From Flavobacteriaceae bacterium (lineage in GTDB: Bacteria; Bacteroidota; Bacteroidia; Flavobacteriales; Flavobacteriaceae), in the NCBI GenBank assembly GCA_965178585.1, contig OZ238267.1, positions 2,355,313-2,419,312 of the forward strand: a stretch of DNA of 64,000 bases, written 5' to 3'. The position numbers and the translations under genes are program-made. Shown piece by piece: positions 19,149 through 28,112 of the stretch (its first letter is position 1; the number at the start of each line of letters is the position of its first letter). Below the pieces are notes generated by a model. The model did no database searches. It was not told the DNA's origin and saw nothing but the letters and a program-made list of their open reading frames with translations.

Positions 19149-19694
19149 TTATTGTCCAATTACTACTTTAGGAAAACGAATTATTTTATCGCCTAAAGAA
19201 TATCCCTTTTCAACAACATCAATCACTTTTCCTTTTAAATCGTTACTAGGGGCAGGAATTTGAGTAATTGCCTCATGGATATCTGCGTCAAAAGCATCAC
19301 CTTGTTTGGTTTCAATAACTTTTAATCCTTTAGATTTTAAAGCTTCACGTAGTTTGTTATTTATTAAAACAATACCTTCTAAATTACCTGTGTCTTCAGA
19401 TTTTTCTATTTCTAAAAGAGCTCTGTCAAAATCATCTAATACTGGAAGTAAAGAGGTCATTACACCTTCACTTGCAGTAGAAAACAATTCTATTCGTTCT
19501 TTACTAGTACGCTTTCTAAAATTTTCAAATTCTGCAAAAAGGCGTAAATTTCTATCTTTCTCTTTATCTAACTCCAATTGCAAAACCTCTAAAGGATCTT
19601 TACCTTCAGTCTCTTCTACATTCGCTGTTTCATTATCTGCAGTCAATATTTCATCTTCAACTACTTCCTTTTCTATTTTATTTTTATCGCTCAT
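19149..19694 (-). CDS. grpE: Nucleotide exchange factor GrpE.
   Basis: It has the conserved core (RLFAEFENFRKRTSKE) and C-terminal beta-domain (GYSLGDKIIRFPKVVI). It lies upstream of dnaJ. Confidence 0.93.
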   Translation of the reverse strand: MSDKNKIEKEVVEDEILTADNETANVEETEGKDPLEVLQLELDKEKDRNLRLFAEFENFRKRTSKERIELFSTASEGVMTSLLPVLDDFDRALLEIEKSEDTGNLEGIVLINNKLREALKSKGLKVIETKQGDAFDADIHEAITQIPAPSNDLKGKVIDVVEKGYSLGDKIIRFPKVVIGQ

Positions 19695-19740
19695 AAATGA
19701 TGAGTTTTTAATGTTTATAAATTTCTGATTTTATAGTTTG

Positions 19741-19748
19741 CAAAAGTA
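19741..19748 (-). promoter_or_regulatory. Candidate Bacteroidota -7 promoter box (TActTTTG) for grpE-dnaJ.
   Basis: The minus strand reads tacttttg, 47 nt upstream of the grpE ATG. This matches the TAnnTTTG consensus. Confidence 0.45.
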
Positions 19749-19816
19749 CTGCCATTTATTATTAAATGTCATAATGTCATTAAAAATTGGTATTAAAATT
19801 TTATACCTTTTTTAAA

Positions 19817-20013
19817 GCTCTCAGCATTTGAGAAAAACTCTCGAATGCTTTAAACTTTACTAGCTCTCAGCATTTGAGGAAAACTCTCGAATGCTTCAAA
19901 CTTTACTAGCTCTCAGCATTTGAGGAAAACACTCGAATGCTTCAAACTTTACTAGCTCTCAGCATTTGAGGAAAACTCTCGAATGCTTCAAACTTTACTA
20001 GCTCTCAGCATTT
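19817..20013. repeat. Tandem repeat with a 46-bp unit: 4 full copies plus a 13-bp partial copy.
   Basis: The unit is gctctcagcatttgaggaaaactctcgaatgcttcaaactttacta, with copies starting at 19817, 19863, 19909, 19955 and 20001. There are 0-2 substitutions per copy. Confidence 0.95.
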
Positions 20014-20656
20014 CTCTTTTTCCAGGAGGACCAGGAAGTTTTTCAACAATAAAGCCAACAGATTGCATTGCACGACGTACACTTCCTTTTGCAGAATAGG
20101 TAACCAATACTCCATTTTTTTTTAATGCTTTAAACATTGTTTTAAAAATTTGCTCTGTCCATAACTCTGGTTGAACTCTTGCTCCAAAAGCGTCAAAATA
20201 AATAACATGAAACTTATTTTGATCTTTAATTTCTGAAAAGAATTGTTTCCTTTTTAAAATTGAAAAATGATTGGAAATTTTTGAAAGTTTATCCCATTCA
20301 CTTAAATGCAATTCATTAAAATATTCCTCAGAACTATTTAACTGAAAAGGATAGTTTAATTTTTCAATTTCTGAAGAAGACACAGGATATGCTTCAACCC
20401 CAGTATAATTAACTGGCTGTTTCAATTTTTCAGCTTCTATTAAACTTATAAACGCATTAAGACCTGTACCAAATCCAATTTCTAATATTTCTAAAGGATT
20501 TGGCTGTTGCTGATTAAGAAAATAAGCGAAACCTGTATCAATAAAAACATGATAAGCTTCTTGAATAGCACCATGTGTTGAATGGTACTGCTCATTCCAT
20601 TCTGGAATATGAATGGTAGTTGAACCATCATCCGTGATGATAATTTCGCGTTTCAA
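19988..20656 (-). CDS. MnmD-like SAM-dependent methyltransferase (the tRNA mnm5s2U methyltransferase domain of MnmC).
   Basis: The N-terminus (DDGSTTIHIPEWNEQYHSTHGAIQEAYHVF) and the SAM motif (ILEIGFGTGLN) are typical of stand-alone MnmC-C/MnmD proteins. Confidence 0.7.
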   Translation of the reverse strand: MKREIIITDDGSTTIHIPEWNEQYHSTHGAIQEAYHVFIDTGFAYFLNQQQPNPLEILEIGFGTGLNAFISLIEAEKLKQPVNYTGVEAYPVSSSEIEKLNYPFQLNSSEEYFNELHLSEWDKLSKISNHFSILKRKQFFSEIKDQNKFHVIYFDAFGARVQPELWTEQIFKTMFKALKKNGVLVTYSAKGSVRRAMQSVGFIVEKLPGPPGKREMLRASKV

Positions 20657-20660
20657 AAAA

Positions 20661-21110
20661 CTAATCTATTAATAACTTTTTAATTCTTGGAATTGGTCCT
20701 ACACATTCAGTAGTATGACACGAAATACAAGAATTTATAGCATTATTATAACGTTTTTCTATAGGTATGGTACTTGTAGTATCATAGATTGCTCTAACAT
20801 TATCTATATACACTTTTGAATACGCTATAAAAGTATCGTTATAAGGTTTATTGTCTGTAAGTTTTGCTTTGAATATGTTTAGGAAGTCTTTTGGGAATTT
20901 ATCAGGTGTATTTCCAGCAACTATAGTTTTTTTAATTTCCTCATTAACTTCATACATAGATCTCATAAGTAACGTCATTTCAGATGCTTCATACATATCA
21001 GGAACAAACTTTTCAGTTTTACTCTCTTTAGAATTAATATCTGATTCTGTAGTATCTGATGAATTACATGAAATCAAAAACGCCAAACAAATTATAATTA
21101 AATATCGCAT
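20661..21110 (-). CDS. Lipoprotein with a single CxxCH haem-c motif.
   Basis: It has a lipobox (FLISC) and a CISCH motif near the C-terminus. Confidence 0.5.
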   Translation of the reverse strand: MRYLIIICLAFLISCNSSDTTESDINSKESKTEKFVPDMYEASEMTLLMRSMYEVNEEIKKTIVAGNTPDKFPKDFLNIFKAKLTDNKPYNDTFIAYSKVYIDNVRAIYDTTSTIPIEKRYNNAINSCISCHTTECVGPIPRIKKLLID

Positions 21111-21112
21111 CT

Positions 21113-21625
21113 TTATTCTATTAATAGAACACCATCTGCTTCAAATGACAATGTTTTTTCAACTTCAGTAATCGCTGCTATTTCCTCTTCACTTTTACCA
21201 GCATCTTCTGCATAATGACGTTGTTCTTCAACTGAAACTTCAGAAACAAATGCTTTACCGTGAATAATCACTTCTTTTTCAGCAATATTTTTAGGCATAA
21301 AGAAACCGTAATCTTTAAACTTAACCATTACCTCATCGTCTTCTAAATCTAAACGCATCCAACATCCTTTAGTTTGACAAACTTCGTTCACTTTTGTAGT
21401 GAATTTCACAATAGCTGTATCTCCCGCTTTTAAAGTATTGAAAGTTTCAATTATTTCTTTTTTTGAAAGTACATTTTCATCTGTAATTTTCTCTCCAAAT
21501 GAAGAATATGTTACTTCAACTTCAGTTTTAACTTCTGCTGCACCAGCATTTTTAGCTTCTTTATCTTCAGATTTACAAGCAAATAAAACAAAAGGAATAC
21601 TAAGTAATAAGATTAGTTTTTTCAT
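21113..21625 (-). CDS. DUF4920-like lipoprotein.
   Basis: It has a lipobox (LFAC) and the CQTKGCWM motif characteristic of the family, as I recall it. Confidence 0.55.
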   Translation of the reverse strand: MKKLILLLSIPFVLFACKSEDKEAKNAGAAEVKTEVEVTYSSFGEKITDENVLSKKEIIETFNTLKAGDTAIVKFTTKVNEVCQTKGCWMRLDLEDDEVMVKFKDYGFFMPKNIAEKEVIIHGKAFVSEVSVEEQRHYAEDAGKSEEEIAAITEVEKTLSFEADGVLLIE

Positions 21626-21690
21626 AATAAATTGGTTTTTAATTTTTGCGAAATTAATGAATTTTTAAGTAAAAATAACCATGTTTTAAC

Positions 21691-21698
21691 TACTTTTG
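21691..21698 (+). promoter_or_regulatory. Candidate -7 box (TActTTTG) for ilvE.
   Basis: tacttttg ends 21 nt upstream of the ilvE ATG. Confidence 0.4.
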
Positions 21699-21718
21699 CA
21701 TAACGATAAATCACACTT

Positions 21719-22789
21719 ATGAACACAAAAACTGATCACTTAATTTCAATTGAAAACATTGAAAAATCTCGCGTAAATCAAGTAGATTTTAACAATCTAG
21801 TATTTGGAAAAGAATTTACAGATTATATGTTTGAGTGTGATTATAAAAACGGTTCTTGGGAAAATCCTATTATAAAACCATTTGGAAATTTATCAATATC
21901 TCCAGCAGCCAAAGTTTTTCATTACGGGCAAGCAGTATTTGAAGGAATGAAAGCTTACAAAGATGATCAAGGGAAAATATGGCTATTTAGACCTGAAGAT
22001 AATTTTAATAGAATCAATAAATCTTCAAAAAGATTAGCAATTCCTGAATTTCCAAAAGATATATTTTTTGAAGCTTTAGAGCGTATGCTTTTATTAGATA
22101 AAGAATGGATCAAACCTGGTTTTGGAAACTCACTTTATATCCGTCCGTTTGTAATTGCTTCTCAAGCAGGAGTTTCAGCTTCTCCATCAGATGAATATAA
22201 ATTTATGATTTTATTTTCACCTGCTCAATCCTATTATACGGGTGATGTAAAAGTGGTTATTGCAGAACATTTTAGTAGAGCTGCAGATGGTGGTGTTGGA
22301 GCTGCAAAAGCTGCCGGTAATTATGGTGCTCAATTTTACCCAACAAATCTTGCTAAAGAAAAAGGATTTCAACAAGTAATCTGGACAGATTCTAATGAGC
22401 ATAAATATTTAGAAGAAGCTGGAACCATGAATGTTTTTTTTAGAATAAACGATACCTTACTTACAGCACCAGTTAGTGACAGGATTCTTGATGGGATAAC
22501 TAGAAAAAGTATCATTGCATTAGCAGAAAGAGACGGTATAAAAACTGAGGTTAGAAAAATAAAAGTAACCGAATTAATTGAAGCTGCTAATAATGGAAGT
22601 TTAAAAGAAATATTTGGTGCAGGAACAGCAGCAGTTATAAGTCCAGTTAGTGATTTTAGTCACAAACAAAAAATATATCAATTACCAAAGATAACCGATG
22701 GTTTTGCTAGTATGTTTAAAACTAAATTAATGGAAATACAGTATAATAAATCTGAAGACACATTTGGTTGGAGATATGCCGTTGAATAG
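21719..22789 (+). CDS. ilvE: Branched-chain amino acid aminotransferase.
   Basis: It is 356 aa with class IV aminotransferase motifs (FEGMKAY, GAAKAAGNYG, EEAGTMNVFF, LDGITR). Confidence 0.9.
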   Translation: MNTKTDHLISIENIEKSRVNQVDFNNLVFGKEFTDYMFECDYKNGSWENPIIKPFGNLSISPAAKVFHYGQAVFEGMKAYKDDQGKIWLFRPEDNFNRINKSSKRLAIPEFPKDIFFEALERMLLLDKEWIKPGFGNSLYIRPFVIASQAGVSASPSDEYKFMILFSPAQSYYTGDVKVVIAEHFSRAADGGVGAAKAAGNYGAQFYPTNLAKEKGFQQVIWTDSNEHKYLEEAGTMNVFFRINDTLLTAPVSDRILDGITRKSIIALAERDGIKTEVRKIKVTELIEAANNGSLKEIFGAGTAAVISPVSDFSHKQKIYQLPKITDGFASMFKTKLMEIQYNKSEDTFGWRYAVE

Positions 22790-22803
22790 TATTGATTTAA
22801 CTA

Positions 22804-23190
22804 TTATTTATCTAAAATAGATTGAATATCTGGTTTAAAGTAATTAGGCCCTTTTAGTACCTTACCATCTTCCCTATAAATTGGTTTTCCGTCAGCACCT
22901 AATTTACTCATATTACTTTTTTGAATTTCATTGAAGACTTCTTCAATTTTATGTTGCATACCATGTTCGATAATGGTTCCGCATAAAATATAAAGCATAT
23001 CTCCAAGGGCATCTGCTACTTCTACTAGGTCTTTATTATTAGCTGCATCTAAGTATTCTTCATTTTCTTCACGCATTAATTTATAACGCAATAAATTTTT
23101 ATTAGCATCTAAATTTGCAGTTGGTGAGTCTTTCATTCCTAATCCAAAAGCTTCATGAAAAGCTTGTACAGCGGCAATTTTATTTTTCAT
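22804..23190 (-). CDS. MazG-like nucleoside triphosphate pyrophosphohydrolase family protein.
   Basis: Its all-alpha fold has acidic metal-binding motifs (REENEEYLDA...EVADALGDMLY). Confidence 0.6.
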   Translation of the reverse strand: MKNKIAAVQAFHEAFGLGMKDSPTANLDANKNLLRYKLMREENEEYLDAANNKDLVEVADALGDMLYILCGTIIEHGMQHKIEEVFNEIQKSNMSKLGADGKPIYREDGKVLKGPNYFKPDIQSILDK

Positions 23191-23331
23191 ATGTATTTCC
23201 CGAAAAGTCGGTTAACTTATTAATTAATATTGTTCTTTACTATGCTAATTGTTCAATAATAAAAGAGATTCTAAAAATAATATAATAACTAAATTTAATG
23301 ATTATTTTTACGCCTATAAATCTACATAATT

Positions 23332-23520
23332 ATGTTTAGTTCTGGCCAATGGACTTTTGTTATTTTTTTTGTTATTGCATTTGTAATTGTGATATTCTTC
23401 AGTTACAGAAAAGATAAAGTATTACATAAAAAACATTACAAAGGAAGTTTATGGATATTGGTTGGATTTATTGCCTTTATCGTTTTCCTTTTCTATTTAA
23501 AAGATTGGATAAAGCAATAA
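23332..23520 (+). CDS. Small two-TM membrane protein (62 aa), hypothetical.
   Basis: It has two hydrophobic helices, its own terminator and no antisense gene. Confidence 0.35.
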   Translation: MFSSGQWTFVIFFVIAFVIVIFFSYRKDKVLHKKHYKGSLWILVGFIAFIVFLFYLKDWIKQ

Positions 23521-23553
23521 AAAAAGCTTTTTGATTTAACAAAAAGCCTTTTT
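23521..23553. terminator. Bidirectional intrinsic terminator.
   Basis: gctttttg-atttaa-caaaaagc is flanked by an A-run and a T-run. It lies between convergent genes. Confidence 0.65.
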
Positions 23554-23572
23554 AATTAAAAAATTTATTTTT

Positions 23573-25618
23573 TTAATTTACTTCTGGTAAGAAATTATAT
23601 TGTTTAGAATAATTTACCATTTGCTCTTTAAAAGTAGTAGGTTGCTCAATAGTAAAACCTACTATTTCTCCAGCATCATTCAACTTAGGAACAATTACAG
23701 GATTTACAAAACCACTATATGGAGCTGATGTAAACTGCTCATTGCGCTGTAATACCTCTTTATGTAATTCTTGATCTACTTTTACTCCGTAACCTTCTAC
23801 TAAAGCTTCAACTGCACCAAAATCACCTTCAGATTTAATTCGTTGAGTTTCAAGTAATAATTGACCAAATATTTCGTGAAGTTTATCATAATCATTTATC
23901 TTGAAGTAAGTTTTTCCATCACGAGTCACTTTTTCAATAACATTATCTGGTGCCCCTTTTTCAAAAGCCCAAGCAGAAACCCATTGTCTGTTACGCATAT
24001 GAGCTTCTTCAACATCATCACCTAAGTTTAGACGAATTAATTGTGTCATTAACCCATTACGAATATAACCATCATAAGCTGCCATACCTACACTTTTCCA
24101 ATCGTCAACCAATCCTAATTCTTGTAACTTTGGGCTATATAAATAATATAATCCAACTAAATCTGCACGACCTTCTTCTAAAGTAGATGCATAGTTTTTA
24201 AGCGTTTCTTTAGTTTCACCAACACCGGGATTTAATTGTCCAGATGCATGACCAATAACTTCGTGTAATGCTGTATGTAATTTATCTGCTTTTTGTCCAT
24301 ATTCTTTTTCTAATTCATATTCCTCATCATCATGAACATATTCTTTTAAACGCCCTGTACTTCCAGCATTATTATATGCATGAATTATATTTCCCAATGA
24401 AACAGATTTAGATCCAACCTCAGCACGAATCCAGTTTGCATTTGGTAGGTTAACACCTATTGGAGTACTTGGCGAAGCATCACCTGCTTCTCCGGCTACA
24501 TTTACAACTTTATAGGTAACCCCCACTACGTTTTTCTTTTTATGCTCTTCCATTAATGGTGAGTTATCTTCAAACCACTGAGCATTTTCAGATAATACAG
24601 CCATTTTTTCAGACATATCAAAATCTTTAATCTGAACAATAGTTTCATAAGAACCTTTGTAACCTAAAGGGTCATTATAAACTTCAATAAAGCTGTTAAT
24701 ATAATCGATATTTCCATCTGTTGCTCCTGTCCAAGCTACATTATAATCATCCCAAGTTTGTAGGTCTCCCGTTTTATAATAATCGATTAATAAACCTAAA
24801 GCTTTACCTTGAGCCTCATTTTCGGAAACATCTTTAGCTAATTCTAACCATTTTATAATTTCATCGATAGCTGATCCATATAATCCTCCAGATTTATAAA
24901 TTCTTTCTTTTACTACACCATCTACTTTTATTAACTGTGTGTTTAAACCATAGGATAAAGGTTTTAATGAATCAGGTGATTTTAAGTTTCCATAAAAAAG
25001 GCCAACATCATAATTAGTTACATTAGGTCCGTAAAAATTAACAGCACTTTGAGAAACATTATCAGTATCTTTTGCTTGATTAACTTTTTTAGCATCTTTA
25101 TCGTTAAAAATAACTTCAATAGCTTCACCTTCTAATATCGTATTAGTTGCAGTTAATAATTCATTTAAATAATCGGCTGAAAAGTTAGCTGGTAATTTTG
25201 CATTTGAATAATGGTGGTGTATTCCATTAGAAAACCAAACTCTTTTTAAATAAATCTCAAAATTTTTCCAATCCTCAGTAGATTTATCACCTTGATAGTT
25301 TGTATAAACATTTTCTAATGCTTTACGAATCGTTAAATTATGACGATAATTTTGATCCCAAATAATATCACGACCCGATAAACCAGCTTCTGTTAAATAG
25401 TATACTAATTTTTGCTCTTTTAAAGTTAAATCATCCCAACTTGGTATTTGATAACGCAAAACTTTAATATCTGCAAATTGCTCTACATTGTAATTAAAAT
25501 CCTTTGCTTTTTTTACTTCTTTAGTTTCCGATGCAACTTCTGATTTTTTCTTTTCATCTGCGCATGAAAATAATAATACGGCTGCAACAAGCAAACCCAT
25601 AAAATATTTAGTTTTCAT
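23573..25618 (-). CDS. M49-family (dipeptidyl-peptidase III-like) metallopeptidase lipoprotein.
   Basis: It has a lipobox (LFSC) and zinc motifs HEVIGH and EEGRADL, which correspond to the HExxGH / EExxAxL motifs of M49. Confidence 0.8.
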   Translation of the reverse strand: MKTKYFMGLLVAAVLLFSCADEKKKSEVASETKEVKKAKDFNYNVEQFADIKVLRYQIPSWDDLTLKEQKLVYYLTEAGLSGRDIIWDQNYRHNLTIRKALENVYTNYQGDKSTEDWKNFEIYLKRVWFSNGIHHHYSNAKLPANFSADYLNELLTATNTILEGEAIEVIFNDKDAKKVNQAKDTDNVSQSAVNFYGPNVTNYDVGLFYGNLKSPDSLKPLSYGLNTQLIKVDGVVKERIYKSGGLYGSAIDEIIKWLELAKDVSENEAQGKALGLLIDYYKTGDLQTWDDYNVAWTGATDGNIDYINSFIEVYNDPLGYKGSYETIVQIKDFDMSEKMAVLSENAQWFEDNSPLMEEHKKKNVVGVTYKVVNVAGEAGDASPSTPIGVNLPNANWIRAEVGSKSVSLGNIIHAYNNAGSTGRLKEYVHDDEEYELEKEYGQKADKLHTALHEVIGHASGQLNPGVGETKETLKNYASTLEEGRADLVGLYYLYSPKLQELGLVDDWKSVGMAAYDGYIRNGLMTQLIRLNLGDDVEEAHMRNRQWVSAWAFEKGAPDNVIEKVTRDGKTYFKINDYDKLHEIFGQLLLETQRIKSEGDFGAVEALVEGYGVKVDQELHKEVLQRNEQFTSAPYSGFVNPVIVPKLNDAGEIVGFTIEQPTTFKEQMVNYSKQYNFLPEVN

Positions 25619-25799
25619 ATTGATAGTTTTTTATTTGAAGTTTACAAAAATAACAAATAATACTTAATATTTAGCACTAAACAAGTAAACAAAAGCCTAT
25701 CAAACAAGCACTTATTTACCTAACTTATAACCACTTACTCATTACATTAATTATTTATTTTCAGTATATTAGCCTAATAATCAACAAAATCCCTAAATC

Positions 25800-26831
25800 A
25801 TGAAAATTATAAAATACTTGCTAATTATTATTGTAGTACTTCTCATTGGTAGTTGGGCATATGTCGTTACACAACCCAATAGTTATGATGTAAAACGATT
25901 TAAAGTCATAAAAGCCCCAGCTAGTGTTATCTTCAAAAATTTAAATGATTTTAAAAATTGGGAAGAATGGGGACCCTGGCTGGAAGAAGATTCAACTATT
26001 GTTGCCACCTATTCAGAAATTACTAGTGGAGTTGGAGCATCTTATTCTTGGACAAGTAAAGATGGCCCAGGGAATATGAAAACCATTGCTTTGGTTGAAA
26101 ATCAATCAATAGATCAAAAAATTCAGTTTGGTGATTACGAACCTACTGAAGTTTATTGGACTCTTGAAGAAGTAGAAGAAGGCACTAAGGTAACTTGGGG
26201 AATGAAAGCAGAAAAAACTCCATTTATGTTTAAGCTTTTTGCTGCTATTTCAGGAGGAATGGATGGAATGCTGGGACCTATGGAAGAAAAAGGATTAGAA
26301 AACTTAGATTATGTAATTATGAAAGAATTACCCAACTTACCTCCTAGCAATAACAACTATACCATTGGAGTGATCAGTCAAAAAGAAAATCCTGCACAAA
26401 CATTTATAGGCTACTTCATTAAAGATAAAATTGAAAACTTACCTGCATTATTTGCTGAGTATATGCCACAAGCTGGCATGTATGCTGTTGAACAAAAATT
26501 AGCATATACAGATTATACACCAGGTGCAGTGTATACAAAATTTGATGAAGTAAAAGGAGAAACCGAACTTTATATTGGATTAATGCTTTCTAAAAAAATT
26601 GCTCCTAAAGAAGGTATGGATAGTATTGATATACCAGAAGGTGGTGTTGTAACAATATCCAAATTCGGAAATTATGGAGAAGGTGATATGGAAGCTCATA
26701 CTAATATTGCAAATTATTTTAAAAACGAAAACTTAGAATATGGGGATCTAGTATGGGAATTATATGTTAATGATCCTACTACCGTAAAACCTGAAGAAAT
26801 ACAAACAGACATTTATTATCAAATAAAATAA
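25800..26831 (+). CDS. Membrane-anchored SRPBCC/START-like plus GyrI-like domain protein.
   Basis: It has an N-terminal TM helix and an SRPBCC-like first half (NDFKNWEEWGPW). The C-terminal half resembles GyrI-like effector-binding domains. Confidence 0.5.
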   Translation: MKIIKYLLIIIVVLLIGSWAYVVTQPNSYDVKRFKVIKAPASVIFKNLNDFKNWEEWGPWLEEDSTIVATYSEITSGVGASYSWTSKDGPGNMKTIALVENQSIDQKIQFGDYEPTEVYWTLEEVEEGTKVTWGMKAEKTPFMFKLFAAISGGMDGMLGPMEEKGLENLDYVIMKELPNLPPSNNNYTIGVISQKENPAQTFIGYFIKDKIENLPALFAEYMPQAGMYAVEQKLAYTDYTPGAVYTKFDEVKGETELYIGLMLSKKIAPKEGMDSIDIPEGGVVTISKFGNYGEGDMEAHTNIANYFKNENLEYGDLVWELYVNDPTTVKPEEIQTDIYYQIK

Positions 26832-26851
26832 ATTATACTAACCATCAATTT

Positions 26852-26888
26852 AAAAATCCTCAGGGTAGCTTACTCGTGAGGATTTTTT
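26852..26888 (+). terminator. Intrinsic terminator of the preceding gene.
   Basis: The stem atcctca(ggg)...(ctc g)tgaggat is followed by T6 (26883-26888). Confidence 0.8.
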
Positions 26889-26899
26889 ATATTAGCTAT

Positions 26900-27271
26900 A
26901 TGAAACAATTGTTACTCGTTTTTTTAGGTGGAGGTATTGGAAGCTCTCTCCGTTATTGGATTGGCACTTTCCTTAATAGTGATAAAACGGGTATTCCTTA
27001 CGGCACTTTTGCAGCAAATATTTTAGGAAGTTTACTTATTGGGATTATCTTGGGACTTGCCGTAAAAAATGAATCTCTTTCACAAAATACAATATTGTTT
27101 TTAGCTACTGGATTTTGTGGTGGATTTACCACATTTTCAGCTTTTGCTTACGAAAATCATATTTTTCTAAAATCGGGTGACTTTATGAGTTTTGCCCTCT
27201 ATACGATTGCAAGTTTTATTCTTGGTTTTGCTGCAGTATTTTTTGGTATGTGGTTGGTGAAATTTTTTTAA
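26900..27271 (+). CDS. crcB: Fluoride efflux channel CrcB/FluC.
   Basis: The sequence MKQLLLVFLGGGIGSSLRYW...GFCGGFTTFSAF is typical of CrcB. The ORF-track start at 26876 lies inside the upstream terminator, so the Met at 26900 is preferred. Confidence 0.85.
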   Translation: MKQLLLVFLGGGIGSSLRYWIGTFLNSDKTGIPYGTFAANILGSLLIGIILGLAVKNESLSQNTILFLATGFCGGFTTFSAFAYENHIFLKSGDFMSFALYTIASFILGFAAVFFGMWLVKFF

Positions 27272-27873
27272 TGCTTACCATAATCTTTTACTCCAGCCTC
27301 TACCCTAACTAACAAATCATTTTCTTTTGGAGGAACAGGGCAGGAATATCTATGGCTATAAGAACAATAAGGGTTATAAGCCATGTTAAAATCTATAATC
27401 ATAGTCTCTCCTTCAGGTACATCTAATTCTAAGTACCTTCCTCCTCCATACGATCCATCACCACTTGTTAAGTCTGTAAAAGGCAAGAAAACATAATCAT
27501 CTTCTGGTTCTTCTACGGGTCTTGTACTTTTATAAATATTCAGTTTTAAATCTTTCCCAGAGATTGTAAACTCAGCAATTGCATATTGCACGTATTCAGG
27601 TAACCTATCTGTAGATGTTTTCATTAAGAAAGGTTTTGCATTTGGAGTTCTTGTTAATTTTGCTTCAACACGGTATTGTAAATCTATTTCGTAAAACTCT
27701 AAAGATGTAAATGTTAAAAGATCTAACGAATCCAAAATAGTTGTTTCTTTATTTCTGAATTTTTCATTTTCATCAGCTTGATATTTTTTAATACTTTCAA
27801 TAATTTCTTCATTAGTTTGAGCAAATCCAATCACAGTAATCAACAAGAAAAAAGTAATATTTAAAAACTTCAT
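27268..27873 (-). CDS. DUF1684 domain protein (secreted).
   Basis: It has a signal peptide and the DUF1684-type C-terminus (GGRYLELD...AYNPYCSYS). Confidence 0.65.
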   Translation of the reverse strand: MKFLNITFFLLITVIGFAQTNEEIIESIKKYQADENEKFRNKETTILDSLDLLTFTSLEFYEIDLQYRVEAKLTRTPNAKPFLMKTSTDRLPEYVQYAIAEFTISGKDLKLNIYKSTRPVEEPEDDYVFLPFTDLTSGDGSYGGGRYLELDVPEGETMIIDFNMAYNPYCSYSHRYSCPVPPKENDLLVRVEAGVKDYGKH

Positions 27874-27939
27874 AAGTATAATTTTCAGTAAAGATAAGAA
27901 TTGAATGTAATTATAAAATGAGTATTTTAAAAAGAATTG

Positions 27940-28100
27940 TAGATTTGCAACTTATAAAATGAAAAACAACAATACAAATAAATGTCAAAAAACTGTCATT
28001 TCTTCACAGAAATATCAGAGGCGTGTGTATTGATTATATCTAAATAAATAAAAACAATATTAAAACGTCTCGATAATTATCGAGACGTTTTATTTTTATA
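27940..28100 (+). promoter_or_regulatory. Candidate leader/attenuator made of a -7 box, a 24-codon sORF and an intrinsic terminator, directly upstream of the MFS gene.
   Basis: TAgaTTTG lies at 27940-27947. The sORF at 27959-28033 encodes MKNNNTNKCQKTVISSQKYQRRVY. A perfect 30-nt palindrome at 28062-28091 (aaaacgtctcgataa/ttatcgagacgtttt) is followed by a T-rich tract. The MFS ATG is at 28113. Confidence 0.5.
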
Positions 28101-28112
28101 ACAATTTCAATT

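Noticed and set aside
19695-19816. CIRCE (HrcA) operator upstream of grpE-dnaJ.
   Set aside because: No TTAGCACTC-N9-GAGTGCTAA-like inverted repeat is present.
19817-20013. The tandem 46-bp repeats as a possible CRISPR array.
   Set aside because: The units are directly contiguous with no unique spacers, and there are no cas genes. It is a simple tandem duplication.
26832-26899. Possible fluoride riboswitch upstream of crcB.
   Set aside because: The only structure present is a stem-loop followed by T6, directly after the preceding gene's stop, so it is a terminator. None of the conserved crcB-motif nucleotides or the pseudoknot pattern could be recognised.
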